The notes under the pieces were generated by a model, which saw only the letters and a program-made list of their open reading frames with translations, searched no databases and was not told where the DNA came from. The position numbers and the translations under genes were made by a program. From the NCBI RefSeq assembly GCF_000092465.1, contig NC_014205.1:900001-932000 (forward strand): a DNA stretch of 32,000 bases. Direction: 5' to 3'. Positions 8,647 to 17,844 of the stretch are shown piece after piece. Positions within the stretch are counted from its first letter, which is position 1, and every line of letters starts with the position of its first letter. This DNA is from Staphylothermus hellenicus DSM 12710 (lineage in GTDB: Archaea > Thermoproteota > Thermoprotei_A > Sulfolobales > Desulfurococcaceae).

Positions 8647-9522
8647 TTACTGTTCAGTAATTGTATTAAATGAGACTATGACTTTTCCTATTTTCTCGTA
8701 TAATTCATTTAAAGAATCGCCGGCTCTATCCCATATTCTCCTGCATAGATCGAATCTTCCAAGATCTTCGCATAGTTTTCTGATCTTGGATATGAATATA
8801 TTTATATCACTATATATATTGAGTGCTCTTTCTAATTCACTTGATGCTAATAATATAGTGTTTTCAGCAACTTCTCTCAGAATATCCGCTATGATATCGA
8901 TTATCTCAGTATTTTCACCTAGTATTTGTGGAGGATAATTATCAACAATCATAGATACGATGTCAGTTTTTGTTTGGAGACAAAGGGGTTTATTGCTGAG
9001 CTTATCTTTAATAAATACTAGTACGTCTTTTAACTTAACTGGTGAGAGAACAGATAATGGACCAAATGTTATTGCTCTCAAGAATTCCCTAAGATCCTTT
9101 TCATTATCTATCTTCTCCGGCGCCTGCCTCAATAATTCCTTTACTCTCTCAGCTAGTTCATCTCGTAGGTTGAGAAACGGGAAGATCTCCAATAATGTTA
9201 TGAGGCCCATTCCTTTAAAATAGTTTTTCCTATACTCCTCCAAGATCTTTTCGGGTTTTGTATCTTCTAGAACTTTCTTTATTAGTCCTTCATCAACAAC
9301 CATAGATATTGATCGAAGCAATACTTCTACTGGTGCTTGGCTCTTAAGAGCTTTTAACAATTCCAAACCAACCATGTATTCTTCAGTATCTGTAGGCCTC
9401 ATTAATAGATCCTTCAGTATTCTTCCTATTTCGGAGAAATCACATTTACTTCTAAGACATTCATAAACTGTAAGCCATGGATTCCTCATTATTTTATCAT
9501 ACAATTCCTTAGAATAGCTCAT
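8647..9522 (-). CDS. Hypothetical all-alpha protein (291 aa)
   Basis: ORF track, ATG start. Charged helical composition and long uninterrupted frame. The two + strand ORFs inside it are Ser/Leu-rich shadows. No motif recognised. Confidence 0.6.
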   Translation of the reverse strand: MSYSKELYDKIMRNPWLTVYECLRSKCDFSEIGRILKDLLMRPTDTEEYMVGLELLKALKSQAPVEVLLRSISMVVDEGLIKKVLEDTKPEKILEEYRKNYFKGMGLITLLEIFPFLNLRDELAERVKELLRQAPEKIDNEKDLREFLRAITFGPLSVLSPVKLKDVLVFIKDKLSNKPLCLQTKTDIVSMIVDNYPPQILGENTEIIDIIADILREVAENTILLASSELERALNIYSDINIFISKIRKLCEDLGRFDLCRRIWDRAGDSLNELYEKIGKVIVSFNTITEQ

Positions 9523-9631
9523 CTATATACACCATTGAGGTTCTTATTATACCTTATATGATTATAAGCTCTTATAAGACCTACTAGCAACATATAGTAG
9601 CGTATATGGCTGTGTAAGATACTGTTTTTAA

Positions 9632-10129
9632 CTAGTATCCATACCTTATACTTATTACTGGTTTGCCCAGGATTTTCTCTATATTGCTAATAATGTCTTT
9701 TATTTCCCGGTAAGAATATACTTGGATAAATCCATGTTTATCGACAACCACTATTATTTCACCGGCAAGCCTTGAACCAGATACGCATTGGGGAGTGTAG
9801 AAACGGATTTGTTTAAATATTAACGTAAAGTCTGCTCTTAGCTTAACCCCTCTCTTATCGCATTCTTCAATAATTAATCTCGGAATATCGGCTAAATGTG
9901 TTCCTTCATTAATAAGTGCTACAATTTTTGCCGTTGATAATTTATAGTATATAATTGTTTTCTCAGATAATTCTATGTTTTTTAATGCTCTCCTATAAGC
10001 TACTGCTATGTTTTGATGACTTGTACCAATTATTTCAGCTATTCTACGATAACTATAACCTCTGGATTTATAGTATAGAGATACTAGTTGTATCTTTGTT
10101 AGGAAACCATATTTCTTCTTCATTTTCAT
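9632..10129 (-). CDS. tfx: Tfx-family DNA-binding protein (N-terminal LuxR/sigma-70 region 4-like HTH)
   Basis: ORF track. FLTKIQLVSLYYKSRGYSYRRIAEIIGTSHQNIAVAYRRALKNIELSEKTI is the Tfx-type HTH, followed by the about 90-aa Tfx C-terminal domain. Confidence 0.75.
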   Translation of the reverse strand: MKMKKKYGFLTKIQLVSLYYKSRGYSYRRIAEIIGTSHQNIAVAYRRALKNIELSEKTIIYYKLSTAKIVALINEGTHLADIPRLIIEECDKRGVKLRADFTLIFKQIRFYTPQCVSGSRLAGEIIVVVDKHGFIQVYSYREIKDIISNIEKILGKPVISIRYGY

Positions 10130-10166
10130 TCACACAATATGTCCATGTTATAATTGTAAAAAATGT

Positions 10167-11816
10167 CTAGTATTCTTCATTATTCTTTATTCTATGAACA
10201 CTAACTATTGGCGCTGCTGATCCCTTCAAGTTTTTAACGATTAATCTAGCCTTACCACCTGATCCCTTCACTGTTACTGGGAGGAATAAACTGGATACAT
10301 ATAGTAGCGTGCTGGAAACTATGCTGGCATAGAATCTACCATATATTGTATCTGTATCCAATGGTTTATCGCTGTGCCCGATATATGCGCATGCTACTTT
10401 TCCTCTGCAAACATTTAGTGTTTGCCAAGCAGTAAATGCTTTATGATCAGCTGTTATCAATAATATTCTGTTCTCTGGGAGATTAGGTGCTTCAACAGCC
10501 ATTGATGCTTCGCAAGGCTGTGCTGTAGCCGGTAATGTTTTGGCGTCATAATAATATCTTGTCTCGAGCAATGCTCTATTAGCTAGTAAAGCCATAATAT
10601 ATGATACACGCTGTAACCCCCCTACATCAGGATTTGTCTCTGCAACCTTGCCGTTAATTTCTGTTTCAGCACATCTTGGAATATACACTGATATATTCCG
10701 TAGAGTGCTCCAGGGAGAACCCTGTCTTATACTTGCTTTAAGCAGTACCATGTGGAGTCCTTGGTAGAAGAGATTAGTGTCTGGAACAATTGCTAGTTTA
10801 TTTCTCTCACCTGTTGATCTAAGAATTATTCTGTGAAGCTTCTCGCCTTCATGATCAAACCATTGCGGACTTGATGAAGCAGATTCTTTAATTATTAGAT
10901 CAGCTGCGCCAACATATCTTTGGATCTGCATAACTAATCTATCAATGCTCTGCTTATCTTTATCAGCAATAGTCATACCTAGTAATTCGGAAATCTGTTT
11001 CCAAGCATTATATAACATGCTACTAGTGTTTTTGTCAGGGCCTTCCAGCTCCTCAATAATTAGAAGCCTGCGCCTCTCCCCTAATGCACCAATTGTTTCT
11101 ATCCATGCCTCTAACCTGTTGTTTTTGTTGTCACCTGGCATGTATCGCCTACTATTATGATAGGTTTCTATGAAGCCAGATCTTGTTAATGTATTGAATA
11201 GTTTTGATACCGCAATATATATTCCCCTACTGCCTCTCCACTCAATGTTTTTTGGGTAATCATTAACTATTGATCCCTTATTTTTAATATCCGCGTCTCC
11301 ATACACGTATACTTTGTGGAGCCATCTAGGACTGCCTGGATAAGCAGGTATTCCATATAATGGGATAGTTTCTACAACAGTAAATACTGCTTTATCACCA
11401 AGTACTTTCTTAACCGAGTAAACTGTTGTTGCAGCTATTGCTCCATCACTACCCGATAAGTCAACCACTATTTTCTCAGCTTGACCACTTATTTTACTAA
11501 ATACATTGTTGAGAGTAAATGCTGTATCGAAAACATTATCTTTAATTAAAGGTTGTCCAAACATGTAGTCTGGAAGAATAACCGAGCCTATATTCTCAAC
11601 ATCCTCCTTAATATGTTGAAGACTCTGCTTAACTGATTGGACAACGTGTTGGCTAGTGAGAATAGCGAATAAATCAATACCTAGTTCTTCAGCTAACCTA
11701 CCTATTACAGTAGGTGTGATCCAAGGATATTTATCTACAACTAATATACTTGGATAAAAACCAGACAATATTTTCTCCTTTAAAACATCTATAAACGAAG
11801 CATTTACCCTAGACAT
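10167..11816 (-). CDS. Large uncharacterised protein: N-terminal Rossmann-like (CARF-like?) region, helical middle, C-terminal PIN-domain nuclease
   Basis: ORF track, ATG 11814-11816. PIN signature: LAIVPDTNLFYQG (first Asp), PRCAETEING (Glu) and ILLITADHKAFTAW (TxD). In the N-terminal 170 aa, alternating strand/helix pattern with KIVVDLSGSDGAIAATTVYSV recalls the DxTxG strand-helix of CARF domains. The CARF assignment is tentative. Confidence 0.7.
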   Translation of the reverse strand: MSRVNASFIDVLKEKILSGFYPSILVVDKYPWITPTVIGRLAEELGIDLFAILTSQHVVQSVKQSLQHIKEDVENIGSVILPDYMFGQPLIKDNVFDTAFTLNNVFSKISGQAEKIVVDLSGSDGAIAATTVYSVKKVLGDKAVFTVVETIPLYGIPAYPGSPRWLHKVYVYGDADIKNKGSIVNDYPKNIEWRGSRGIYIAVSKLFNTLTRSGFIETYHNSRRYMPGDNKNNRLEAWIETIGALGERRRLLIIEELEGPDKNTSSMLYNAWKQISELLGMTIADKDKQSIDRLVMQIQRYVGAADLIIKESASSSPQWFDHEGEKLHRIILRSTGERNKLAIVPDTNLFYQGLHMVLLKASIRQGSPWSTLRNISVYIPRCAETEINGKVAETNPDVGGLQRVSYIMALLANRALLETRYYYDAKTLPATAQPCEASMAVEAPNLPENRILLITADHKAFTAWQTLNVCRGKVACAYIGHSDKPLDTDTIYGRFYASIVSSTLLYVSSLFLPVTVKGSGGKARLIVKNLKGSAAPIVSVHRIKNNEEY

Positions 11817-12083
11817 TAACGACTACCTCCAATACAAACAAGTTGTCTCTTCTAAACCAGTATTTACATGTTCTGTTATCCATATACGTCCCTTATGCAT
11901 ATATACATTTGAAAAGATAAAAAGAGTACTACAACAATTAAGCTAGGCTTAATAATCACAGGTTTAAACAGGTAACACGGTTTTCAGCTTATCTAGAAAT
12001 ATATCCACGTATTATCTTGTTAACACTTTAAACTTGTTTTAAAAATATTTTCAAAAACCATATCATGGTTGAGGTGGGAATAA

Positions 12084-12374
12084 ATGCCTATTAAGCAGAG
12101 CAGAGTATATGATAGAAGTATTGAATTAGCTGGTTTTATTGAGCATAAATACTTGTTGATACTTGAAGATATTGTTGCTCGAGAAGCCGAGATTTTATCG
12201 AAACCTGTAAAGACACAGAAAGACCTATTATTACTAGTAGGTTTTAAAGCAATGAAGAAGCATATTGCGGAAGAGCTAGGACTTAATTATCATGAAGACG
12301 AATATGTAGAAGACTTGCTGGATGAAATAGAAGCACTAACAAATACTGTGGAGCCAGTTGAATCAGAAGCTTAA
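12084..12374 (+). CDS. Hypothetical small acidic protein (96 aa)
   Basis: ORF track. ATG preceded by GAGGTG 7 nt upstream. First gene of a three-gene + strand cluster. Confidence 0.55.
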   Translation: MPIKQSRVYDRSIELAGFIEHKYLLILEDIVAREAEILSKPVKTQKDLLLLVGFKAMKKHIAEELGLNYHEDEYVEDLLDEIEALTNTVEPVESEA

Positions 12375-12426
12375 AAAAATTATTTGATCAACGAGATTTC
12401 TAACACAATATATACTGGTGATTAGA

Positions 12427-12729
12427 GTGAGAGAAAATATTACTATAACCGTAGTATATGGATCCCCTGAGGAAGCAGTAATAGTTAATGCAGTATCAGT
12501 AGCAGCATCTAAACTATTAGAAGAGGGTATTGAAGCAAACATTATACAAGTATATATGCCCGGTACAAAACCATCTATAAGCGTTAACGGTGTATATGTT
12601 GAAATAGATGAGCTACTCCATTTAAAAATAGAGGAGAAAGCATATGAAACCCTCATAGAAAACATTACTAATAAGGTTTCAGAACTAGTTAGCGGAATAG
12701 CTGCTATGACTATAAAAGAAAACGTATAG
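12427..12729 (+). CDS. Hypothetical small protein (about 100 aa)
   Basis: ORF track 12418..12729. I prefer GTG 12427 because GGTGA (12417-12421) lies 5 nt upstream. The antisense ORF 12363..12665 is Ser-rich and judged a shadow. Confidence 0.55.
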   Translation: MRENITITVVYGSPEEAVIVNAVSVAASKLLEEGIEANIIQVYMPGTKPSISVNGVYVEIDELLHLKIEEKAYETLIENITNKVSELVSGIAAMTIKENV

Positions 12730-12813
12730 TTTATGAAATAAATACCTTAATTAAACCTGCTAGTTTATCCTAGAAAATAGTCAGGGGAAATTATTTTTCC
12801 GAGGCCTAAAATA

Positions 12814-13581
12814 ATGTTTAAATTATTGAGAAAACAAATTCCTAAATATACAATATTAACTCTTATATTATTGCTTATCTTTTCTCAATCCATACATGTA
12901 TTTTCAGCGTATAGAGAAGAATACCCAGTAAAGGGGCAGGGCAATCTATACCTGTTAGATGTTGACATTAATATTTATAGGATTGGAAACTATGGTGTGA
13001 TATCTATTTATTTAAAGCCGGATGGGGTATATGCTTATGGGATCACGGTATTAAAGGATCCTGATAGAGAAGCTTATTCATTGTATTTAATGCTTGGAAC
13101 ACAGAATGAATGGTATTATCTTGGAGATAGTGATGAACCTAATTTAAAGTTCCGCTTATTCATAGATGTTAATAGTAGTAGAGCCGTTGTAGTATATGAT
13201 AATTGTCTAATTAGAGAATATAATCTCTCACATATTCCAAAACTTAAAAAACTATATGTTTCATCATTCAATATAACTGGTAGACAAGCTGATTACCCAC
13301 GTTTTATAATAAATAGTTTAAAAGCCTCCGTCCTAAACATATCGATAAACAATCTAGGAGAATACTATTGTACACCAGACATTAGCACATTACTAAATAA
13401 ATCCACAGGGACTCCAGCCATTATTAGCGTGACAAATACAACCCGGCAAACCATAAATACCACAACCACATCTATAGAGAGAAAACCTATACTTAATACA
13501 TGGTATATACTAATAATTATTGTTTTAATCCTAGCTTTTCCCATCATAACATATTTCTATAAAAAGAAAAGATATGATTAG
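12814..13581 (+). CDS. Secreted, C-terminally membrane-anchored protein with Thr/Asn-rich stalk (probable glycoprotein)
   Basis: ORF track. Features: N-terminal signal/anchor (KYTILTLILLLIFSQSIHVFSA), several NxS/T sequons, a TNTTRQTINTTTTS stalk, a C-terminal TM (WYILIIIVLILAFPIITYF) and a KKKRYD tail. Confidence 0.65.
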   Translation: MFKLLRKQIPKYTILTLILLLIFSQSIHVFSAYREEYPVKGQGNLYLLDVDINIYRIGNYGVISIYLKPDGVYAYGITVLKDPDREAYSLYLMLGTQNEWYYLGDSDEPNLKFRLFIDVNSSRAVVVYDNCLIREYNLSHIPKLKKLYVSSFNITGRQADYPRFIINSLKASVLNISINNLGEYYCTPDISTLLNKSTGTPAIISVTNTTRQTINTTTTSIERKPILNTWYILIIIVLILAFPIITYFYKKKRYD

Positions 13582-13697
13582 AGAAAAGGTCCCCCGGTCC
13601 GTGAAACAATCATCCCTTCTAAACAGTTTGGTCATCTAGTAGAGGCCTCGGTCATCCCTTTTTCATATTTTTATTAACGGGTGATTTTAAGTTATAT

Positions 13698-15989
13698 CTA
13701 GACAATTGGTTTTCCATATTTATTCTTGAGGGGTTCGACTGTTTTTATGGCTCCTTTCTTCAATATGTTTCCTAGAACATATGCTGCTTTCCTACGGGAT
13801 AATACTTGGTTATTGTTTCCACAGTACGGACTATATATGCATCTTGGACATCCATCTTCGCAGTCGCATTTTGATACTATTTCATAGGCTATCTCTTCTG
13901 CTTTTTCGAATCTCTCGAATAATAGTTTAGCTAAGCCAGAGCCTCCGGGTGCACCATCATATATTACTATGTCTCCACTAGGATAACTAATGCCTCCCAT
14001 TTCACCTAGTGCCGCTCCACATACTGGTCTAGCAGCAGAGATTAATGCGTGTTCTATGGCGTGAAAAGCTTCAGCATTGCTCATATAATCCCATTCGGGA
14101 TTCTCCGGGTACTTTAATAGTAATGCTTTTGTGTTATAGGTATATGTTACTGGGCGATCAAACCAATACTTTATACCAGCCTTTTCTGTCTCCCAATAAT
14201 TTCTAACAATGTATCCCTCAACACTTATACTGAGCTTTACCCATGCATAAGCTAATGGTATCCCCCTACTACTAGTTCTAGAAGCTAGAATACTATAGTC
14301 AACTAGGTCGACAGTATAGAGTGGCCTAGTATAATATGGTGTATCATCCGGTAATCTCTTAACACGTGCAATCTTCTTATCAACATCTATTTCTATAGAC
14401 TTATATATTCTTCTATTAAGCAAATAAACCGCGTCAGGATGTAGATCGAGAACTGCTTGTGGAAGCTCTCTATAACCTACAATGTTTTTCTCATCAACAT
14501 CATATATAACAACCTGTGGACCACTACCCCTAATACTCATATATTCCATGAAAACCTTTCTCGCCAACCTATAGTTTGGATAAATATATGGTCCAACCCA
14601 AGAAACAAGTCTCTCATACCTAAGCCTATCAGCAACACGTAGCCAAACACCCTTCAACCCATCCCTTCTAATCCTCCCCTGCTCTAATAGGAGAGCCAAT
14701 AAATGGATTCTCAAAACTTCTTCATTCTCAGGATCCATGTATAGTGGTGGGATTTCTTGTTCAAAATACCTCTTAGGATTTCGCTCATAATATGCATCAA
14801 TAGGATCATCTGCTAAAACTGTGAAAACATATCCTTTCCTACCCCTACGCCCAGCTCTACCAGCCCTCTGTAAATACTTTGCAAAGCTGGGAGGTGGAGC
14901 AGCCATAATGACTGCGTCGAGAAACCCAATATCTATTCCTAGTTCAAGCGTTGGTGTAGCGGCAACACCGCTGATCTCTCCGGCTCTAAGCTTTGACTCA
15001 ATCATTTTTCTCTCATCAGCTGGTAAACCAGCTCTATGAACCATTATATCTACACCATAGCTTCTCCAAGCAATCCTAGCGATTAATTCAGCCATTTGCT
15101 GACTATCAACGAATACTATGAATCTAAGTCCTCGACGGGCAAGAACAGATGCTAATGCTGCTGTAACCGTCCATCTGCTAAGCCTGCCAGCTGATACGAG
15201 GACATGATAAGCTATTCCCCTCCTCCTCAACGGCCCCTCAATAACCTTTACGGGGACACCGAATAGTGTTTCACCATGTTCTCTCGGGTTACCAATGGTT
15301 GCGGATGAACCAATATATTGTGGCGGATTATTTCTACGATACCTATTGATTCTTTCAAAAACAGCTTTAACATGTGATCCAAAAACACCCTCGTATACGT
15401 GTAGTTCATCTACAACCATGAACCGGGAATCTTTAACGAATCTCCTAATAGTTGGGCTGAGAACAAGGCCTACATGTATCATGTCCGGATTAGTAACAAC
15501 TATGTCTGGCGGGTTAGCCGATATTTTCTGTCTAATCTTGCGTGGAGTATCACCATCATATACTGCTGCCGAGAAAACCCCGTAGCCTAGATAATCATTT
15601 ATTCTTTGAAGCTGATCCCTTGCCAGCGCTTTTGTCGGATACACCAGCATTGCTTGTGGCTTAGGAGTTCTCTTCTCATATATTTTCCTTAGAATTGGTA
15701 GGAGGAATGCCTCAGTCTTACCTGTTCCTGTTCCAGCAGTTATAACGACGTTTTCACCGTTCAATATACTCTTGTATGCATCGTATTGGAAACGATAAAG
15801 CCTCCTTATCCCTCTCCTCTCTAAAGCTTCAATCAATGGATCGGGTAAATCTATGTCCTCAATACATGGACCGGGCTCCGGCTCACCTGTTTCTTCGCGA
15901 TAAACATAGATAACACCTATATCCCTAGCCTTTATAAGCTCCTGGAGATCATTATCTATGTCCAGGATTAATTGATCCCTAATAATCAT
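13698..15989 (-). CDS. Superfamily 2 DExH helicase with C-terminal DUF1998/MrfA-type zinc-binding domain (COG1205 family)
   Basis: ORF track. Motif I AGTGTGKTEAF, motif II VVDELH, motif III SSAT, motif VI QRAGRAGRRG. The C-terminal four-Cys cluster is CDCEDGCPRCIYSPYCGNNN. Confidence 0.88.
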   Translation of the reverse strand: MIIRDQLILDIDNDLQELIKARDIGVIYVYREETGEPEPGPCIEDIDLPDPLIEALERRGIRRLYRFQYDAYKSILNGENVVITAGTGTGKTEAFLLPILRKIYEKRTPKPQAMLVYPTKALARDQLQRINDYLGYGVFSAAVYDGDTPRKIRQKISANPPDIVVTNPDMIHVGLVLSPTIRRFVKDSRFMVVDELHVYEGVFGSHVKAVFERINRYRRNNPPQYIGSSATIGNPREHGETLFGVPVKVIEGPLRRRGIAYHVLVSAGRLSRWTVTAALASVLARRGLRFIVFVDSQQMAELIARIAWRSYGVDIMVHRAGLPADERKMIESKLRAGEISGVAATPTLELGIDIGFLDAVIMAAPPPSFAKYLQRAGRAGRRGRKGYVFTVLADDPIDAYYERNPKRYFEQEIPPLYMDPENEEVLRIHLLALLLEQGRIRRDGLKGVWLRVADRLRYERLVSWVGPYIYPNYRLARKVFMEYMSIRGSGPQVVIYDVDEKNIVGYRELPQAVLDLHPDAVYLLNRRIYKSIEIDVDKKIARVKRLPDDTPYYTRPLYTVDLVDYSILASRTSSRGIPLAYAWVKLSISVEGYIVRNYWETEKAGIKYWFDRPVTYTYNTKALLLKYPENPEWDYMSNAEAFHAIEHALISAARPVCGAALGEMGGISYPSGDIVIYDGAPGGSGLAKLLFERFEKAEEIAYEIVSKCDCEDGCPRCIYSPYCGNNNQVLSRRKAAYVLGNILKKGAIKTVEPLKNKYGKPIV

Positions 15990-16013
15990 TTATAACATAC
16001 CCAAAAACATTAT

Positions 16014-16247
16014 CTAGCCCTTCATAGATAATTCCTTTATCTTCCTATCCTCCCTACTAAGCTTTTTCCACAACTTATAGTGTTCCTCACACAAATAAAC
16101 AATACCGGGTCTTCTAGGGGGATGAGCATGATAAACTTTAAGCTTTAACCCAGCCCTCTCCTCGAGTATCTTAGCATCTAAATAACTAATCTCCCTAACA
16201 GCCTCCCGACCACATCCCTCAACACTACATGTCTTCTTCTCAGCCAT
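16014..16247 (-). CDS. Small zinc-ribbon-like protein (77 aa), immediately upstream of and co-oriented with the helicase
   Basis: ORF track. CSVEGC...CEEH metal-ligand pattern and basic C-terminus. There is a 24-nt gap to the helicase start. Confidence 0.55.
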   Translation of the reverse strand: MAEKKTCSVEGCGREAVREISYLDAKILEERAGLKLKVYHAHPPRRPGIVYLCEEHYKLWKKLSREDRKIKELSMKG

Positions 16248-16436
16248 TTCTTACACCATATATTATATATGTATAAACACTGAATATTAGGATTAGCTAA
16301 TAGTTTAACAGCTAATAATAACATATTATAAAACCTAATATTCACTAGTGAATAGAGGATCTTATATTTTTGAAAAGAATTTAACTTGTATATTTCTATA
16401 TTGTTTAGATGAATACGTATTAGTAGATGATGCGGT

Positions 16437-17843
16437 ATGAGTTTATCCGGCCTAGACATTGCTCGTCTAATAAGGTATGGTGAGGAGCTTGGCGCAGAAT
16501 ATGTTGATGTCAGGGTTCATGAGAAAATATATGAGCTTATCACTCTGGACAACGGTGTTTTAAGGGAGTATAGTATTAATAGGTTGCGCGGTGTTGGTGT
16601 TAGAGTCCTTGTCGACGGGTTCATGGGTTATGCTGCTACAAACGTTTTTGACTGGGAAAAGATCAAGAACACTGTTGTGGAAGCTGTTAAAAACGCTAAA
16701 GCACTGAGTCTGCATGGTTCTAAAACCATACTGTATAGTAGGCCTAGCTACAAGGACAAGATCATTAGTCATTACGCTATTGATGCTTTAGAAATAGATC
16801 CCGGGGAGAAAATCGAGGTTTTGAAAACAATATATGATGCTAGCAGAGAAGTTAAAGGCGTTGTCAGCGTTACTCCTAGGTATGGATACGAAGTTGATCA
16901 TAGAATAATTGCTTCCAGTAATGGAGACTACGTAGATGTTACTACTCGACTAATAGGTGTGGGGGCATTTATTGTTTCAATGGTTGAAGGAGTTAGTGAG
17001 AGATTATGGGATTCTAGATCAAATGTTGCCGGGTGGGAGTTTATTAAGAACCTTGATATTGAAGACTTCGCATCAGAGAACGCTAAGCTAGCGGTGGAAA
17101 CCGCTAAAGCCCCAGTAGTTAAGCCAGGTAAATATGTTGCTATCCTAGACAATGAAATTGTCGGGCTAATGCTACATGAAGCATTCGGTCATGCAACAGA
17201 GGGAGACATAGTTGAATCTGGTGGAAGCGTGTTGGAGGGTAGAATAGGCGAGAAAGTTGCCAGTGAACATGTAACAATAGTGGATGATGGCAGAGTAGCT
17301 GGTGGATACTATGTTCCATACGATGATGAAGGCACAGCTAAGAAGAAAGTTAGAACTGTTGATAAAGGAGTATTGAAGACATTTCTCCACAGCTTATCCA
17401 CAGCTGAAAAACTAGGCGGAGAACCAACAGGTAATGCTCGAGCTATGACTTATGCTCACCCACACCTTGTAAGGCAGACAAACACCTATATGGAGCCTGG
17501 TGATTGGAAAGTAGATGAGCTATTCGAGGATACGGGGAGGGGAATATATGTTAGGGGTAAAGGAGCTATGGGTGGAGAAGTAGATCCTGCAATGGGCACA
17601 TTTACTTTCACAGCTGGTCCAAGCTATCTAATAGAAAATGGTGAGCCAACAAAACTTGTTCGCGGAGTAATGCTTTCAGGCTTTATCTTGGAGACATTGA
17701 AGAATGTTGATGCTGTCGCAAACGATCTAGTTGTTAAAACAAGTGTTTTCGGAGGATGCGGTAAGGCTGGACAATTAGCACGTGTAGGTGATGGCGGGCC
17801 ACATGTTCGCGTACGTGAAATAACAATTGGTGGAGGTGGCTGA
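16437..17843 (+). CDS. tldD: TldD-type metalloprotease (peptidase U62)
   Basis: ORF track. HEAFGHATEGD motif and the C-terminal Gly-rich blocks GKGAMGGEVDPAMGTFTF and GGCGKAG typical of TldD. Confidence 0.88.
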   Translation: MSLSGLDIARLIRYGEELGAEYVDVRVHEKIYELITLDNGVLREYSINRLRGVGVRVLVDGFMGYAATNVFDWEKIKNTVVEAVKNAKALSLHGSKTILYSRPSYKDKIISHYAIDALEIDPGEKIEVLKTIYDASREVKGVVSVTPRYGYEVDHRIIASSNGDYVDVTTRLIGVGAFIVSMVEGVSERLWDSRSNVAGWEFIKNLDIEDFASENAKLAVETAKAPVVKPGKYVAILDNEIVGLMLHEAFGHATEGDIVESGGSVLEGRIGEKVASEHVTIVDDGRVAGGYYVPYDDEGTAKKKVRTVDKGVLKTFLHSLSTAEKLGGEPTGNARAMTYAHPHLVRQTNTYMEPGDWKVDELFEDTGRGIYVRGKGAMGGEVDPAMGTFTFTAGPSYLIENGEPTKLVRGVMLSGFILETLKNVDAVANDLVVKTSVFGGCGKAGQLARVGDGGPHVRVREITIGGGG

Positions 17844-17844
17844 T

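Noticed and set aside
13582-13697. GGTCCCCCGGTCC and GAGGCCTC elements in the convergent intergenic region as further copies of the pilin-locus hairpin
   Set aside because: The first lacks self-complementary arms, and the second is a generic 8-bp palindrome. The region is adequately explained as a bidirectional terminator zone with T-tracts.
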